Shown: piece after piece, positions 19,101-31,665 of the stretch
How positions within the stretch are numbered: position 1 is the first letter of the stretch
Layout of the letters: each line of letters opens with the position of its first letter
NCBI GenBank assembly: GCA_030141605.1
Contig: JAQGDQ010000004.1
Coordinates: forward strand, 1,860,001-1,924,000
Source: Tubiluchus corallicola
Taxonomy: Eukaryota > Animalia > Priapulida
Reading direction: 5' to 3'
DNA: 64,000 bases
Made by a program: the position numbers and the translations under genes
Notes under the pieces: model-generated
Told to the model about the DNA's origin: nothing
What the model saw: only the letters and a program-made list of their open reading frames with translations
Databases searched by the model: none

Positions 19101-22100
19101 TGATCTGATTGAACCAAAATAGAGAAATTGGACTCCTTTATGAGCCGCAATTTAGTCCGCATGCCATATGCAACGTGCTGCTTGTGATAGATCTTTTAAA
19201 AATAAATGTGTACAAGAATTACCCCAGCAACATGACCACGAACTATGGATCTGTATAGGATACACAATATAATTTTTCATTTTTCAGTTTCTTTTTATGA
19301 CAAGCCTAAATTCTAGCCGAACCAAAACTCTGGCAGATCACATCCCACCCCGATAAGAATACCCTCGACGCACCAAATCTCAGATTGCAGACCGAGGTGG
19401 AGCCAGATCATATCTAGAAGAAAAAGAAACTGAACCAGTACAATAATTAGACCACACCCACTCTGTGACAAGATCCAACCGCAAACCACAACCAAACCTA
19501 GGTTACATAATTTTGTTAGATAATGATTGTTAATTACTAAAGCAAAAATTGTCTAACGTAAAATTTGTTTTACATAATGACGAATTTTGTGATTGTCACA
19601 TAATGCTGCATTGTTATATAATGAGCCTTTGATACACAATGAACTTTGATATCTCTCAATATAATATTCTATGTCACATCACAGACGATGAAATAATTAT
19701 TATTAATTTGTAAAGCATAACAAACTTATTCTAAAATAATTTTGCTATTTGTGAAAGAACCAAATTTCCACAAATTTTTATCAAGTAATCCGTCTGTCAA
19801 GGCTTTTCTTGATAACTCAACAGAAACTTCAGCTAGCCTAGCTAACAGTTTAGATTATTAAACTGTGAAATGGCCCCGTTTCATTTACTGCCAAATCGGG
19901 TGCAGAAAACAAATAGTTCTTACTTTTTGTGCGTTTGGCGTCCAGTGAGTATTTGTCAATTAGCCATGCTGTTCCGAATGTGCCACTGCTGTTCAACTTT
20001 TCATTACGTGCGTCGTCTAAATTATATATAGAATGTTTGTAGTCGAGCTTAAATAAAAAAATCATAACCAATTAGCATGTGAAAGCTTATGTAATTATAG
20101 TATAAGGATCCGTTGTTAACAGTGAGATTATTCTTGGGTGTCTCAGGAATTATTGCATTTACATTTACTGTATGTATGCGAAACAGATGTTGTACTTAAA
20201 TTAAATGAATCCCCCTTGCAAAAAAATTCAGTGTAACTGCGCATTTTTCACCAGGTGTACTAAATTCACCCTAGTTTGTGTCATGCCGCAATGTGTAAGC
20301 TGTCAGTTCGTTGAATGTCTTACGCGCCCGTACGTAACGTTTCGTGAACAGAATTACCCCTAAAATCCAAATGTGTTCAGCTCGTCTGGCAAACTGAAAC
20401 CTAGCCTAGACGATATAAATACTAAGAGCCAAACGTTGGACATCAGACGCCTTGGTGTATTATATATTTCAACAGTAACAATAACAATAACAAGAAGACA
20501 TTAAATAGAATCGTTAATATAGACACAATAAACTTTTCTTGGACTAACTTATATGCACAGATTATGCCTGCAGAACTTCTTTCGTGCTGGTACGCGACTG
20601 TTATACAGAGAATTTTTTGTTATACAAGAGCACAGTTTGCATTAATAATTCACTAAACAAATGCGACTTTAAAAACAACATGAATTATCAAAATGCCTCT
20701 ATAAAAATTAGGAAATGCTCTAGTTTTCCTAATCGCCTGACAAAGAAATTGTATTACACTCAAGTTACCATTTTTTCTTTTTTCTCTTATAGGTACTGGG
20801 CAGTGTCAAACACCTACTAGGTGCCGCTACCATGGCGACATACTACCTGCACCATATGGAGATTGCAGATATTTTGTCAAATGCATTCATCCACACACGT
20901 ACGTGGAAATGACGACATGTTGGCCTTGTCCACCCGGGACTATATTTGACCCATGCATTTTGTTATGCGTAGCCGATAACTACTACAATCGACTTGCAAG
21001 CGGATGTCCCTTAGGTTTCAATCATCATGATTTTTCACTATGTAACCGCGCCCAACAGGATGTCTATCCTACAGGATATGTACCCAAAACAAATTTTTAC
21101 GACACTGAAGGATACAATTATTTGGGCTATGACCACGATGGCTTTGACCGAGATGGCTACGATTATCTCGGCTACAATAGAGATGGCTACGACCGCCTGG
21201 GTTATAATCGTGATGGTTATGATCGCAGCGGCTATAATAAGTTAGGGTACGATTATGATGGATACGATATTTACGGATATAATCGCAATGGTTTCGATCC
21301 AAATGGCTACGACAGTAGTGGCTATGATATTGATGGTTACGATAGATATGGTTATGATTATTACGGTTATGATCATGACGGATTCGACAAGGAAGGCTAT
21401 AGCCGAGATGGGTGGGATCGTAATGGCTACAACCAGGCAGGATATGACAGCAGTGGGTATGACCATAATGGTTATGATATTTATGGCTATGACCAAAACG
21501 GATATGACTATGAAGGTTATGATCATGATGGTTACAATATCTATGGCTATGATAAAGATGGTTATGATAGAAATGGATACGATCACAATGGCTTCAGTCG
21601 TGATGGCTGGGATCATTATGGATATAATAGAGATGGGTATGACAGTAATGGCTATGATCGTGATGGTTATGACAGAGATGGTTACAGCCTTGATGGATGG
21701 GATAGATATGGGTACGACCGCAATGGATATGACACTGAAGGTTATAATCATGATGGTTTTGATATCTATGGTTATGATCGTAACGGTTATAACAAAAATG
21801 GGTATGATCAAGATGGTTATAGCCGTGACGGATGGGATAGATATGGGTATGACCAAAATGGATATGACATTGAAGGTTATAATCATGATGGTTTTGATAT
21901 CTATGGTTATGATCATAACGGTTATGATAAAAATGGGTATGACCATGATGGCTACAGTCATGATGGATGGGACCACTATGGTTATAACCGGGAAGGATAT
22001 GACAATCAAGGCTATAATAAAGATGGTTACGATAAAAATGGATATGATCGCAATGGCTACAGTCGTGATGGCTGGGATCATTATGGCTACAACAGAGATG

Positions 22101-25100
22101 GGTATGACAAAAATGGTTACAATCATTATGGCTATGATCGTGATGGTTATGACAAAAATGGGTATAGCCTTGACGGATGGGATAGATATGGGTACGACCG
22201 CAATGGATATGACATTGAAGGTTATAATCATGATGGTTTTGATATCTATGGTTATGATCATAACGGTTATGATAAAAATGGGTATGACCACGATGGCTAC
22301 AGTCATGATGGATGGGACCACTATGGTTATAACCGGGAAGGATATGACAGTCAAGGTTATGATCGCGATGGCTATAATAAAGATGGTTATAATAGAAATG
22401 GATATGATGCATATGGTTATAGTCGGGATGGCTGGGATCATTACGGTTATAACAGGGAGGGATATGACAGTCAAGGATATGATCATGATGGTTATAACAT
22501 CTATGGCTATGATAAAGATGGTTATAATAGAAATGGATATGATCAAGATGGTTATAGCCATGATGGATGGGATAAATATGGATATGACCGAAATGGATAT
22601 GACATTGAAGGTTATAATCATGATGGTTTTGATATCTATGGTTATGATCGTAACGGTTATGATAAAAATGGGTATGACCATGATGGCTACAGTCATGATG
22701 GATGGGACCACTATGGTTATAACCGGGAAGGATATGACAGTCAAGGTTATGATCGCGATGGCTATAATAAAGATGGCTATAATAGAAATGGATATGATGC
22801 AGATGGTTACAGTTGGGATGGTTGGGATCATTACGGTTATAACAGGGAGGGATACGACAGTCAAGGATATGATCGTGATGGTTATAACATCTATGGCTAT
22901 GATAAAGATGGTTATAATAGAAATGGATATGATGCAGATGGTTACAGTCGGGATGGTTGGGATCATTTTGGTTACAACAGAGATGGATACGACAAAGATG
23001 GTTACAATCATTATGGTTATGACCATAATGGATATAACAGGGCTGGATATGATCATGAGGGCTATAATCAGTTAGGATACGATAACTATGGCTATGATCA
23101 TGATGGTTACGACCTAGATGGTTACAGCCTTGATGGATGGGACAGATATGGGTATGGCCGAAATGGATATGACATTGAAGGTTATAATCATGATGGTTTT
23201 GATATCTATGGTTATGATCGTAACGGTTATGATAAAAATGGGTATGACCATGATGGCTACAGTCATGATGGATGGGACCACTATGGTTATAACCGGGAAG
23301 GATATGACAGTCGAGGTTATGATCATGATGGCTATAATAGCTATGGCTATGATAAAGATGGTTATAACAAAAATGGATATGATGAAGATGGTTATAGCCA
23401 TGACGGATGGGATAGATATGGGTATGACCGAAATGGATATGACATTGAAGGTTATAATCATGATGGTTTTGATATCTATGGTTATGATCGTAACGGTTAT
23501 AATAAAAATGGGTATGACCACGATGGCTACAGTCATGATGGATGGGACCACTATGGTTATAACCGGGAAGGATATGACAGTCAAGGTTATGATCGCGATG
23601 GCTATAATAAAGATGGTTATAATAGAAATGGATATGATGCAGATGGTTATAGTCGGGATGGTTGGGATCATTACGGTTATAACAGAGAGGGATATGACAG
23701 TCAAGGATATGATCCCAATGGTTATAACATCTATGGCTATGATAAAGATGGTTATAATAGAAATGGATATGATCAAGATGGTTATAGCCATGATGGATGG
23801 GATAAATATGGATATGACCGAAATGGATATGACATTGAAGGTTACAATCATGATGGTTTTGATATCTATGGTTATGATCGTAACAGTTATGATAAAAATG
23901 GGTATGACCATGATGGCTACAGTCATGATGGATGGGACCACTATGGTTATAACCGGGAAGGATATGACAGTCAAGGTTATGATCGCGATGGCTATAATAG
24001 CTATGGCTATGATAAAGATGGTTATAATAGAAATGGATATGATCAAGATGGTTATAGCCATGACGGATGGGACAGATTTGGGTATGACCGAAATGGATAT
24101 GACATTGAAGGTTATAATCATGATGGATTTGATATCTATGGTTATGATCGTAACGGTTATGATAAAAATGGGTATGACCATGATGGCTACAGTCATGATG
24201 GATGGGACCACTATGGTTATAACCGAGAAGGATATGACAGTCAAGGTTATGATCGCGATGGCTATAATAGCTATGGCTATGATAAAGATGGTTATCACAA
24301 AAATGGATATGATCAAGATGGTTATAGCCATGATGGATGGGACAGATATGGGTATGACCGAAATGGATATGACATTGAAGGTTATAATCATGATGGTTTT
24401 GATATCTACGGCTATGATCATAACGGTTATGATAAAAATGGGTATGACCATGATGGCTACAGTCATGATGGATGGGACCACTATGGTTATAACCGGGAAG
24501 GATATGACAATCAAGGCTATGATCGCGATGGCTATAATAAAGATGGTTACGATAAAAATGGATATGATCGCAATGGCTACAGTCATGATGGCTGGGATCA
24601 TTATGGCTACAACAGAGATGGATATGACAAAAATGGTTACAATCATTATGGCTATGATCGTGACGGATATAACAGGGCTGGATATGATCATGAAGGGTAT
24701 AATCGGCTGGGATACGATCATCATGGCTATGATCGTGATGGTTATGACAAAAATGGGTATAGCCTTGATGGATGGGATAGATATGGGCACGACCGCAATG
24801 GATATGACATTGAAGGTTATAATCATGATGGTTTTGATATCTATGGTTATGATCGTAACGGTTATAATAAAAATGGGTATGACCACGATGGCTACAGTCA
24901 TGATGGATGGGACCACTATGGTTATAACCGGGAAGGATATGACAGTCAAGGTTATGATCGCGATGGCTATAATAAAGATGGTTATAATAGAAATGGATAT
25001 GATGCAGATGGTTATAGTCGGGATGGTTGGGATCATTACGGTTATAACAGAGAGGGATATGACAGTCAAGGATATGATCCCAATGGTTATAACATCTATG

Positions 25101-28100
25101 GCTATGATAAAGATGGTTATAATAGAAATGGATATGATCAAGATGGTTATAGCCATGATGGATGGGATAAATATGGATATGACCGAAATGGATATGACAT
25201 TGAAGGTTACAATCATGATGGTTTTGATATCTATGGTTATGATCGTAACAGTTATGATAAAAATGGGTATGACCATGATGGCTACAGTCATGATGGATGG
25301 GACCACTATGGTTATAACCGGGAAGGATATGACAGTCAAGGTTATGATCGCGATGGCTATAATAGCTATGGCTATGATAAAGATGGTTATAATAGAAATG
25401 GATATGATCAAGATGGTTATAGCCATGACGGATGGGACAGATTTGGGTATGACCGAAATGGATATGACATTGAAGGTTATAATCATGATGGATTTGATAT
25501 CTATGGTTATGATCGTAACGGTTATGATAAAAATGGGTATGACCATGATGGCTACAGTCATGATGGATGGGACCACTATGGTTATAACCGAGAAGGATAT
25601 GACAGTCAAGGTTATGATCGCGATGGCTATAATAGCTATGGCTATGATAAAGATGGTTATCACAAAAATGGATATGATCAAGATGGTTATAGCCATGATG
25701 GATGGGACAGATATGGGTATGACCGAAATGGATATGACATTGAAGGTTATAATCATGATGGTTTTGATATCTACGGCTATGATCATAACGGTTATGATAA
25801 AAATGGGTATGACCATGATGGCTACAGTCATGATGGATGGGACCACTATGGTTATAACCGGGAAGGATATGACAATCAAGGCTATGATCGCGATGGCTAT
25901 AATAAAGATGGTTACGATAAAAATGGATATGATCGCAATGGCTACAGTCATGATGGCTGGGATCATTATGGCTACAACAGAGATGGATATGACAAAAATG
26001 GTTACAATCATTATGGCTATGATCGTGATGGATATAACAGGGCTGGATATGATCATGAAGGGTATAATCGGCTGGGATACGATCATCATGGCTATGATCG
26101 TGATGGTTATGACAAAAATGGGCATAGCCTTGATGGATGGGATAGATATGGGTACGACCGCAATGGATATGACATTGAAGGTTATAATCATGATGGTTTT
26201 GATATCTATGGTTATGATCGTAACGGTTATGATAAAAATGGGTATGACCATGATGGCTACAGTCATGATGGATGGGACCACTATGGTTATAACCGGGAAG
26301 GATATGACAGTCAAGGTTATGATCGCGATGGCTATAATAAAGATGGCTATAATAGAAATGGATATAATGCAGATGGTTATAGTCGGGATGGTTGGGATCA
26401 TTACGGATATAACAGAGAGGGATATGACAGTCAAGGATATGATCGTGATGGTTATAACATCTATGGCTATGATAAAGATGGTTATCACAAAAATGGATAT
26501 GATCAAGATGGTTATAGCCGTGACGGATGGGACAGATTTGGGTATGACCGAAATGGATATGACATTGAAGGTTATAATGATGATGGCTTTGATATCTATG
26601 GTTATGATCGTAATGGTTATGATAAAAATGGGTATGACCATGATGGCTACAGTCATGATGGATGGGACCACTATGGTTATAACCGAGAAGGATATGACAG
26701 TCAAGGTTATGATCGCGATGGCTATAATAGCTATGGCTATGATAAAGATGGTTATCACAAAAATGGATATGATCAAGATGGTTATAGCCGTGATGGATGG
26801 GACAGATATGGGTATGACCGAAATGGATATGACATTGAAGGTTATAATCATGATGGTTTTGATATCTACGGCTATGATCATAACGGTTATGATAAAAATG
26901 GGTATGACCATGATGGCTACAGTCATGATGGATGGGACCACTATGGTTATAACCGGGAAGGATATGACAGTCAAGGTTATGATCGTGATGGCTATAATAG
27001 CTATGGCTATGATAAAGATGGTTATCACACAAATGGATATGATCAAGACGGTTATAGCCGTGATGGATGGGACAGATATGGGTATGACCGAAATGGATAT
27101 GACATTGAAGGTTATAATCATGATGGTTTTGATATCTACGGCTATGATCATAACGGTTATGATAAAAATGGGTATGACCATGATGGCTACAGTCATGATG
27201 GATGGGACCACTATGGTTATAACCGGGAAGGATATGACAGTCAAGGTTATGATCGCGATGGCTATAATAAAGATGGTTACGATAAAAATGGATATGATCG
27301 CAATGGCTACAGTCATGATGGCTGGGATCATTATGGCTACAACAGAGATGGATATGACAAAAATGGTTACAATCATTATGGCTATGATCGTGACGGATAT
27401 AACAGGGCTGGATATGATCATGAAGGGTATAATCGGCTGGGATACGATCATTATGGCTATGATCGTGATGGTTATGACAAAAATGGGTATAGCCTTGATG
27501 GATGGGATAGATATGGGTACGACCGCAATGGATATGACATTGAAGGTTATAATCATGATGGTTTTGATATCTATGGTTATGATCGTAACGGTTATGATAA
27601 AAATGGGTATGACCATGATGGCTACAGTCATGATGGATGGGACCACTATGGTTATAACCGGGAAGGATATGACAGTCAAGGTTATGATCGCGATGGCTAT
27701 AATAAAGATGGCTATAATAGAAATGGATATGATGCAGATGGTTATAGTCGGGATGGTTGGGATCATTACGGTTATAACAGAGAGGGATATGACAGTCAAG
27801 GATATGATCGTGATGGTTATAACATCTATGGCTATGATAAAGATGGTTATAATAGAAATGGATATGATCAAGATGGTTATAGCCATGATGGATGGGATCA
27901 ATATGGATATGACATTGAAGGTTATAATCATGATGGTTTTGATATCTATGGTTATGATCGTAACGGCTATGATAAAAATGGGTATGACCAAGATGGTTTC
28001 AGCCATGATGGATGGGACCACTATGGTTATAACCGGGAAGGATATGATGGTCAAGGCTATGATCATGATGGTTATAATATCTATGGCTATGATAAAGATG

Positions 28101-29365
28101 GTTATAATAGAAATGGATATGATGCAGATGGTTACAGTCGGGATGGTTGGGATCATTTTGGTTACAACAGAGATGGAGACGACAAAGATGGTTACAATCA
28201 TTATGGTTATGACCATAATGGATATAACAGGGCTGGATATGATCATGAGGGCTATAATCAGTTAGGATACGATAACTATGGCTATGATCGTGATGGTTAC
28301 GACCTAGATGGTTACAGCCTTGATGGATGGGATAGATATGGGTATGACCGAAATGGATATGACAGTGAAGGTTATAATCATGATAGTTTTGATATATATG
28401 GTTATGATCGTAATGGTTACGATAAAAATGGATATGATAGAGATGGTTATGATAAAAATGGGTATGATAGAGATGGCTACGATAAAAATGGATATGGTAG
28501 CGATGGCTACGATAAAGATGGTTATAATAAAAATGGCTATGACAAAGATGGATACAGCCTTGATGGATGGGACAGATACGGCTACAACCGAAATGGATAT
28601 GACTATGAAGGTTACGATCATGATGGTTATAATATCTATGGTTATGGAAAAGATGGTTATGATAAAAATGGATATGATCGTGATGGATATAACAAAAATG
28701 GAAATAATCGATATGGCTATGGTCGTGATAACAATGACGATGATGACGATGATGATGATGACGACGATGATGATGACGACGATGATGACGATGATGGTGT
28801 TGATGATGATAACGACGACAAGAATTATTATCGAACATTTGGTCAAGACGGATATGACTCATCTGGTTACAATCGTTATGGCTATGATCGCAGAGGATAT
28901 GATCGTGATGGCTATGACTACAGTGGTTATAATTATGAAGGTTACAGCCGCAAAGGATATAATCACGATGGGTATGATAAAGAAGGTTATAATCAAGCTG
29001 GATATGACAGTGAGGGATACAGTCGGGATGGCTGGGACCAAGATGGATATAACAAATCGGGATATGACAAAGAAGGCTATGACCGTGATGGGTATGATGT
29101 CTTAGGTTTTGACCGTAGTGGCTTGGATCGTTATGGTTATAATAAAAATGGTTATGATAGATACGGCCGTGCTCGCGACAATTATAACCAAAACAAAAAT
29201 TATCACAATGAGGACGATGATAACGATAACGATGATGACAATAATTACAATACTCGCAAATACAGTACTCGTTACAGATATAGAGGCAGCAGCTATAAGC
29301 AAGTTAGAAGAAAACAAAGACCTACGAAATCTCGCTACAATGTTGCATCTAATTCTGGAGATTAG
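16107..29365 (+). CDS. Giant (~2,871 aa) probably secreted protein: CBM14/peritrophin-A-like chitin-binding domain + G[YFW][DNS]xx pentapeptide repeats + poly-Asp + basic tail
   Basis: Exon 16107-16149 (MYRKIFLLLCLLSY+T|GTAAGT, phase 1) joins the strong acceptor ttttttctcttatAG|20793 in frame: MYRKIFLLLCLLSYCTGQCQTPTRCRYHGDILPAPYGDCRYFVKC...CPPGTIFDPCILLC...GC. The frame stays open to TAG at 29365. Possible 5'UTR splice aag|GTAAGA 15783 to ttttgcAG|16001. The large exon is well supported; the first exon is inferred. Confidence 0.85.
17664..18085. mobile_element. Non-autonomous hAT-type MITE (422 bp)
   Basis: TIRs CAGGGCCTATTTCA / TGAAATAGGCCACG (12/14 match), perfect 8-bp TSD CTTCTAGC (17656-17663 and 18086-18093), GC-rich subterminal gaggccc repeats with poly-G/poly-C. 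Confidence 0.85.
18102..19647. mobile_element. Foldback-like DNA element (~1.55 kb) with long degenerate inverted repeats
   Basis: 18105 gttcattatgtaacaaaagcctcattctgtaacaatgcagcatta is the approximate reverse complement of 19601-19644 taatgctgcattgttatataatgagcctttgatacacaatgaac. Similarity continues inward (cattatgtaac words vs gttacataat at 19502). Inner tctgatctg-like words (18770-19110) are mirrored by cagatc words (19310-19500). Confidence 0.6.
20414..20446 (+). promoter_or_regulatory. Candidate TATA box + initiator (alternative proximal promoter of the repeat-protein gene)
   Basis: TATAAA at 20414-20419 with TCAG(AC) at 20443-20446 (A 31 nt downstream of the TATA T), followed by ATG 20553 and an in-phase donor G|GTACGC at 20590. 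Confidence 0.4.
21110..29165 (+). repeat. Coding 15-bp tandem array (GGN TAY GAY NNN NNN) with 105/135/195-bp higher-order units
   Basis: Direct reading of DNA and translation; interrupted only by the Asp tract region at ~28730-28840. Confidence 0.97.
28733..28820 (+). repeat. (GAT/GAC)n trinucleotide repeat encoding poly-Asp
   Basis: aatgacgatgatgacgatgatgatgatgac... encodes ND(n)GVDDDNDDK. Confidence 0.95.
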
Positions 29366-29459
29366 CTGTAACAATTAAGACCTATTTATTCATCACACAT
29401 TTATTAAAACCGAACATGTGGCTAATGCTCTGCGAAACGTTATGGTAATTATAAATTTT

Positions 29460-29465
29460 AATAAA
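29460..29465 (+). other. Candidate polyadenylation signal of the repeat-protein gene (second AATAAA at 29621)
   Basis: AATAAA ~95 nt after the stop codon. Confidence 0.45.
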
Positions 29466-31189
29466 ACAATTCAATTCTGACGTTAACAGTTGCAAGAAAC
29501 TAGTTTTCTGAAATTAAAAGTCATGGTAGCTGTGATAGATTGTATATGTAATTTGCTCTAAATTACTACTTTATGCATGACTGTAAATACTGTTCTGAAT
29601 GAGTAAAGATTCTGCTATAAAATAAACGAAACAACATTCATATTTATGAATTAAAAGTATACTGTTTCACAAAACAATTACAATTGGATAGTTATTTTTT
29701 AAATACGTTGTTAACTTTGATAATTCTGAAGTCAAAAAACCAATAATTTAGCATCGCTGGCAACTTGTAACAATTACTAAAAGCATAGTTACAAATATAT
29801 CCAAGTATATATCTAACACCATACAAGTAATGACGTTTGTGGAATGGAGAGCGCTCAACGCAGTAATTTTTTCTAGCAAAATCTAACCAAGTATTTGGCT
29901 GTGGCTCTGGAACCAGCTTCTTTTTAAACAGATATTGCCATTTCCTTCTTCTAACTGCTTAAAAATACTGCTAAATCAAATTTCTTCGACAAAACAATCG
30001 TCTAGACCTAACCAATAGGAAAATAACCAATACACTCGAGCTAGTGCATGACTCAGTCTATAACATACACCACAAGCCATTGGACAAGCAAAATTACAAA
30101 TTCTACGCATATGTGTCATAGCACAGGAATAAATTTGCTTTCACATCTATTGTCCAGATCCAGCTCAAAAAACGCACCAATCAATTTCAGATATCAATTA
30201 TCAAATGTCAGATGGTACTTCTATAACATTGATTATTGGTAACCTGTTACAAGTTAGAGCATTGCAGAACAAAATAGCATATGACAAATATTAGTTAGTC
30301 CCAAAATGATATGCAAGTATAGTGACTTTGATAGTAGTGCAGACTTTATTGGTAACGTTATTATAATCAAAGAAATTATAACTCCTTGACTTTTTACTGC
30401 ACGGCTGCAGTTTGCTCAAGAGTTTTTAAAATCAGTGTAGTTGCAATCACCCAGAAATTAACTTCTCTACAGAGTATAAACCTTACCAGTATGCCCTCTG
30501 ATGCTCCCAAGATCCTTATTTATCAATGAATAAAATTGCGATGAAATACGTTGTGAAAAGTCGTCGCCACCTAAAAAGATCACATCTAGTAATACATTCA
30601 AAGCATGAATTTTGTATTATCAAATGTCAGACGGACTTAAATGCACGGGTCTCTTCCTCATCTTAAATGATTATTTTGTTGCTCAACAATAATTTAGAGC
30701 TTTAATTTCTACCATTGTATTATTTTACGGGTGTCACAATAAACTAAGCTAGATTTTCGCTTGTGTCAAACCTAAAACACTTCCATTCATACTTATGATT
30801 AAACGACATCAGTCAGACAATATGGAATAGTCAAATTTTTGCGCACGATAAAAAATTTTGCAGTCAGTCATTCACTTTCAGTGTTTTCTCAGTTGCTATT
30901 ACCTGATATTCTTCGTCGTTGTAATTTAAATATATAAACTATATAGACTTTGACACACTGTGATTGGAAACTTTAACATTAATTTCGACAATTAAAGAAA
31001 TAGTAATGATGTGTTTCAATTATCCACGAAAAATAATTAATTACCGTAACTGAAGAGTTGATATCCTGTGGCACTAATCTCTGACCTTAAGGCCCAAAAT
31101 CGGTAGGGTTCTCCCTCTATTGAAGTGCGAAGAACAAGAGAAAAATAAAAGTTCTGCATCAAACAATTTAGCTTGAAACTTCTCCGCAA

Positions 31190-31305
31190 AGTCAATAACG
31201 GAATTACGGGCAGACAGACGGATGGATAAGTGGATGAACTGACGAACGGTCGCTCGAACTGAAAGCGCATATCCCAGTTCAACTTCGTTGCGAGGGGATA
31301 ATAAT
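31190..31305 (+). mobile_element. Possible Helitron/Helentron-type non-autonomous element end
   Basis: Short (GACG/GATG)-type microsatellite followed by an imperfect terminal hairpin tatccc...caacttcgttg...gggata. Confidence 0.3.
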
Positions 31306-31665
31306 GTAAAGACGGCAAAACATATTGGTAATTTCTGTTTATGTTTAGCAGAACATGCTGCTAGAAACACAAAACTTTCACCTTGATAACAGACGCATGT
31401 CCTAGTTTGCCTAGTTTGTGGCTGTGGACTTGTAATTACCTTTGACTTTGACTCACTTCATAAGTAACTGCAGCTCACCGGAACCTCTAATTTGGTACAT
31501 TATAAATACAATTAGGGAAAACCCCGACTTATGAAAATTTAACTCGTTTATTTATATTAGAGCGACCTTGCAAAATATTTAAAATGGGTTGGATAAAACA
31601 CGTTCCTCGTTTTTAGACTTCTGTCAGTCAGACGGCTATGGCGGGGTATTAATGCCAAATACCTG

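Noticed and set aside
21110-28730. Array considered as a CRISPR array or non-coding satellite
   Set aside because: No unique spacers, eukaryotic context, 15-bp-multiple indels and a maintained reading frame indicate a coding repeat.
21242-29105. Very long overlapping ORFs in other frames (Met/Val/Ile-rich on +, Ile-rich and His-rich up to 1,812 aa on -)
   Set aside because: Shadow frames of the GGN-TAY-GAY repeat, which rarely yields stops in those registers. Third-position variation is synonymous in the GYD frame, and only that frame connects to the Cys domain and splice acceptor.
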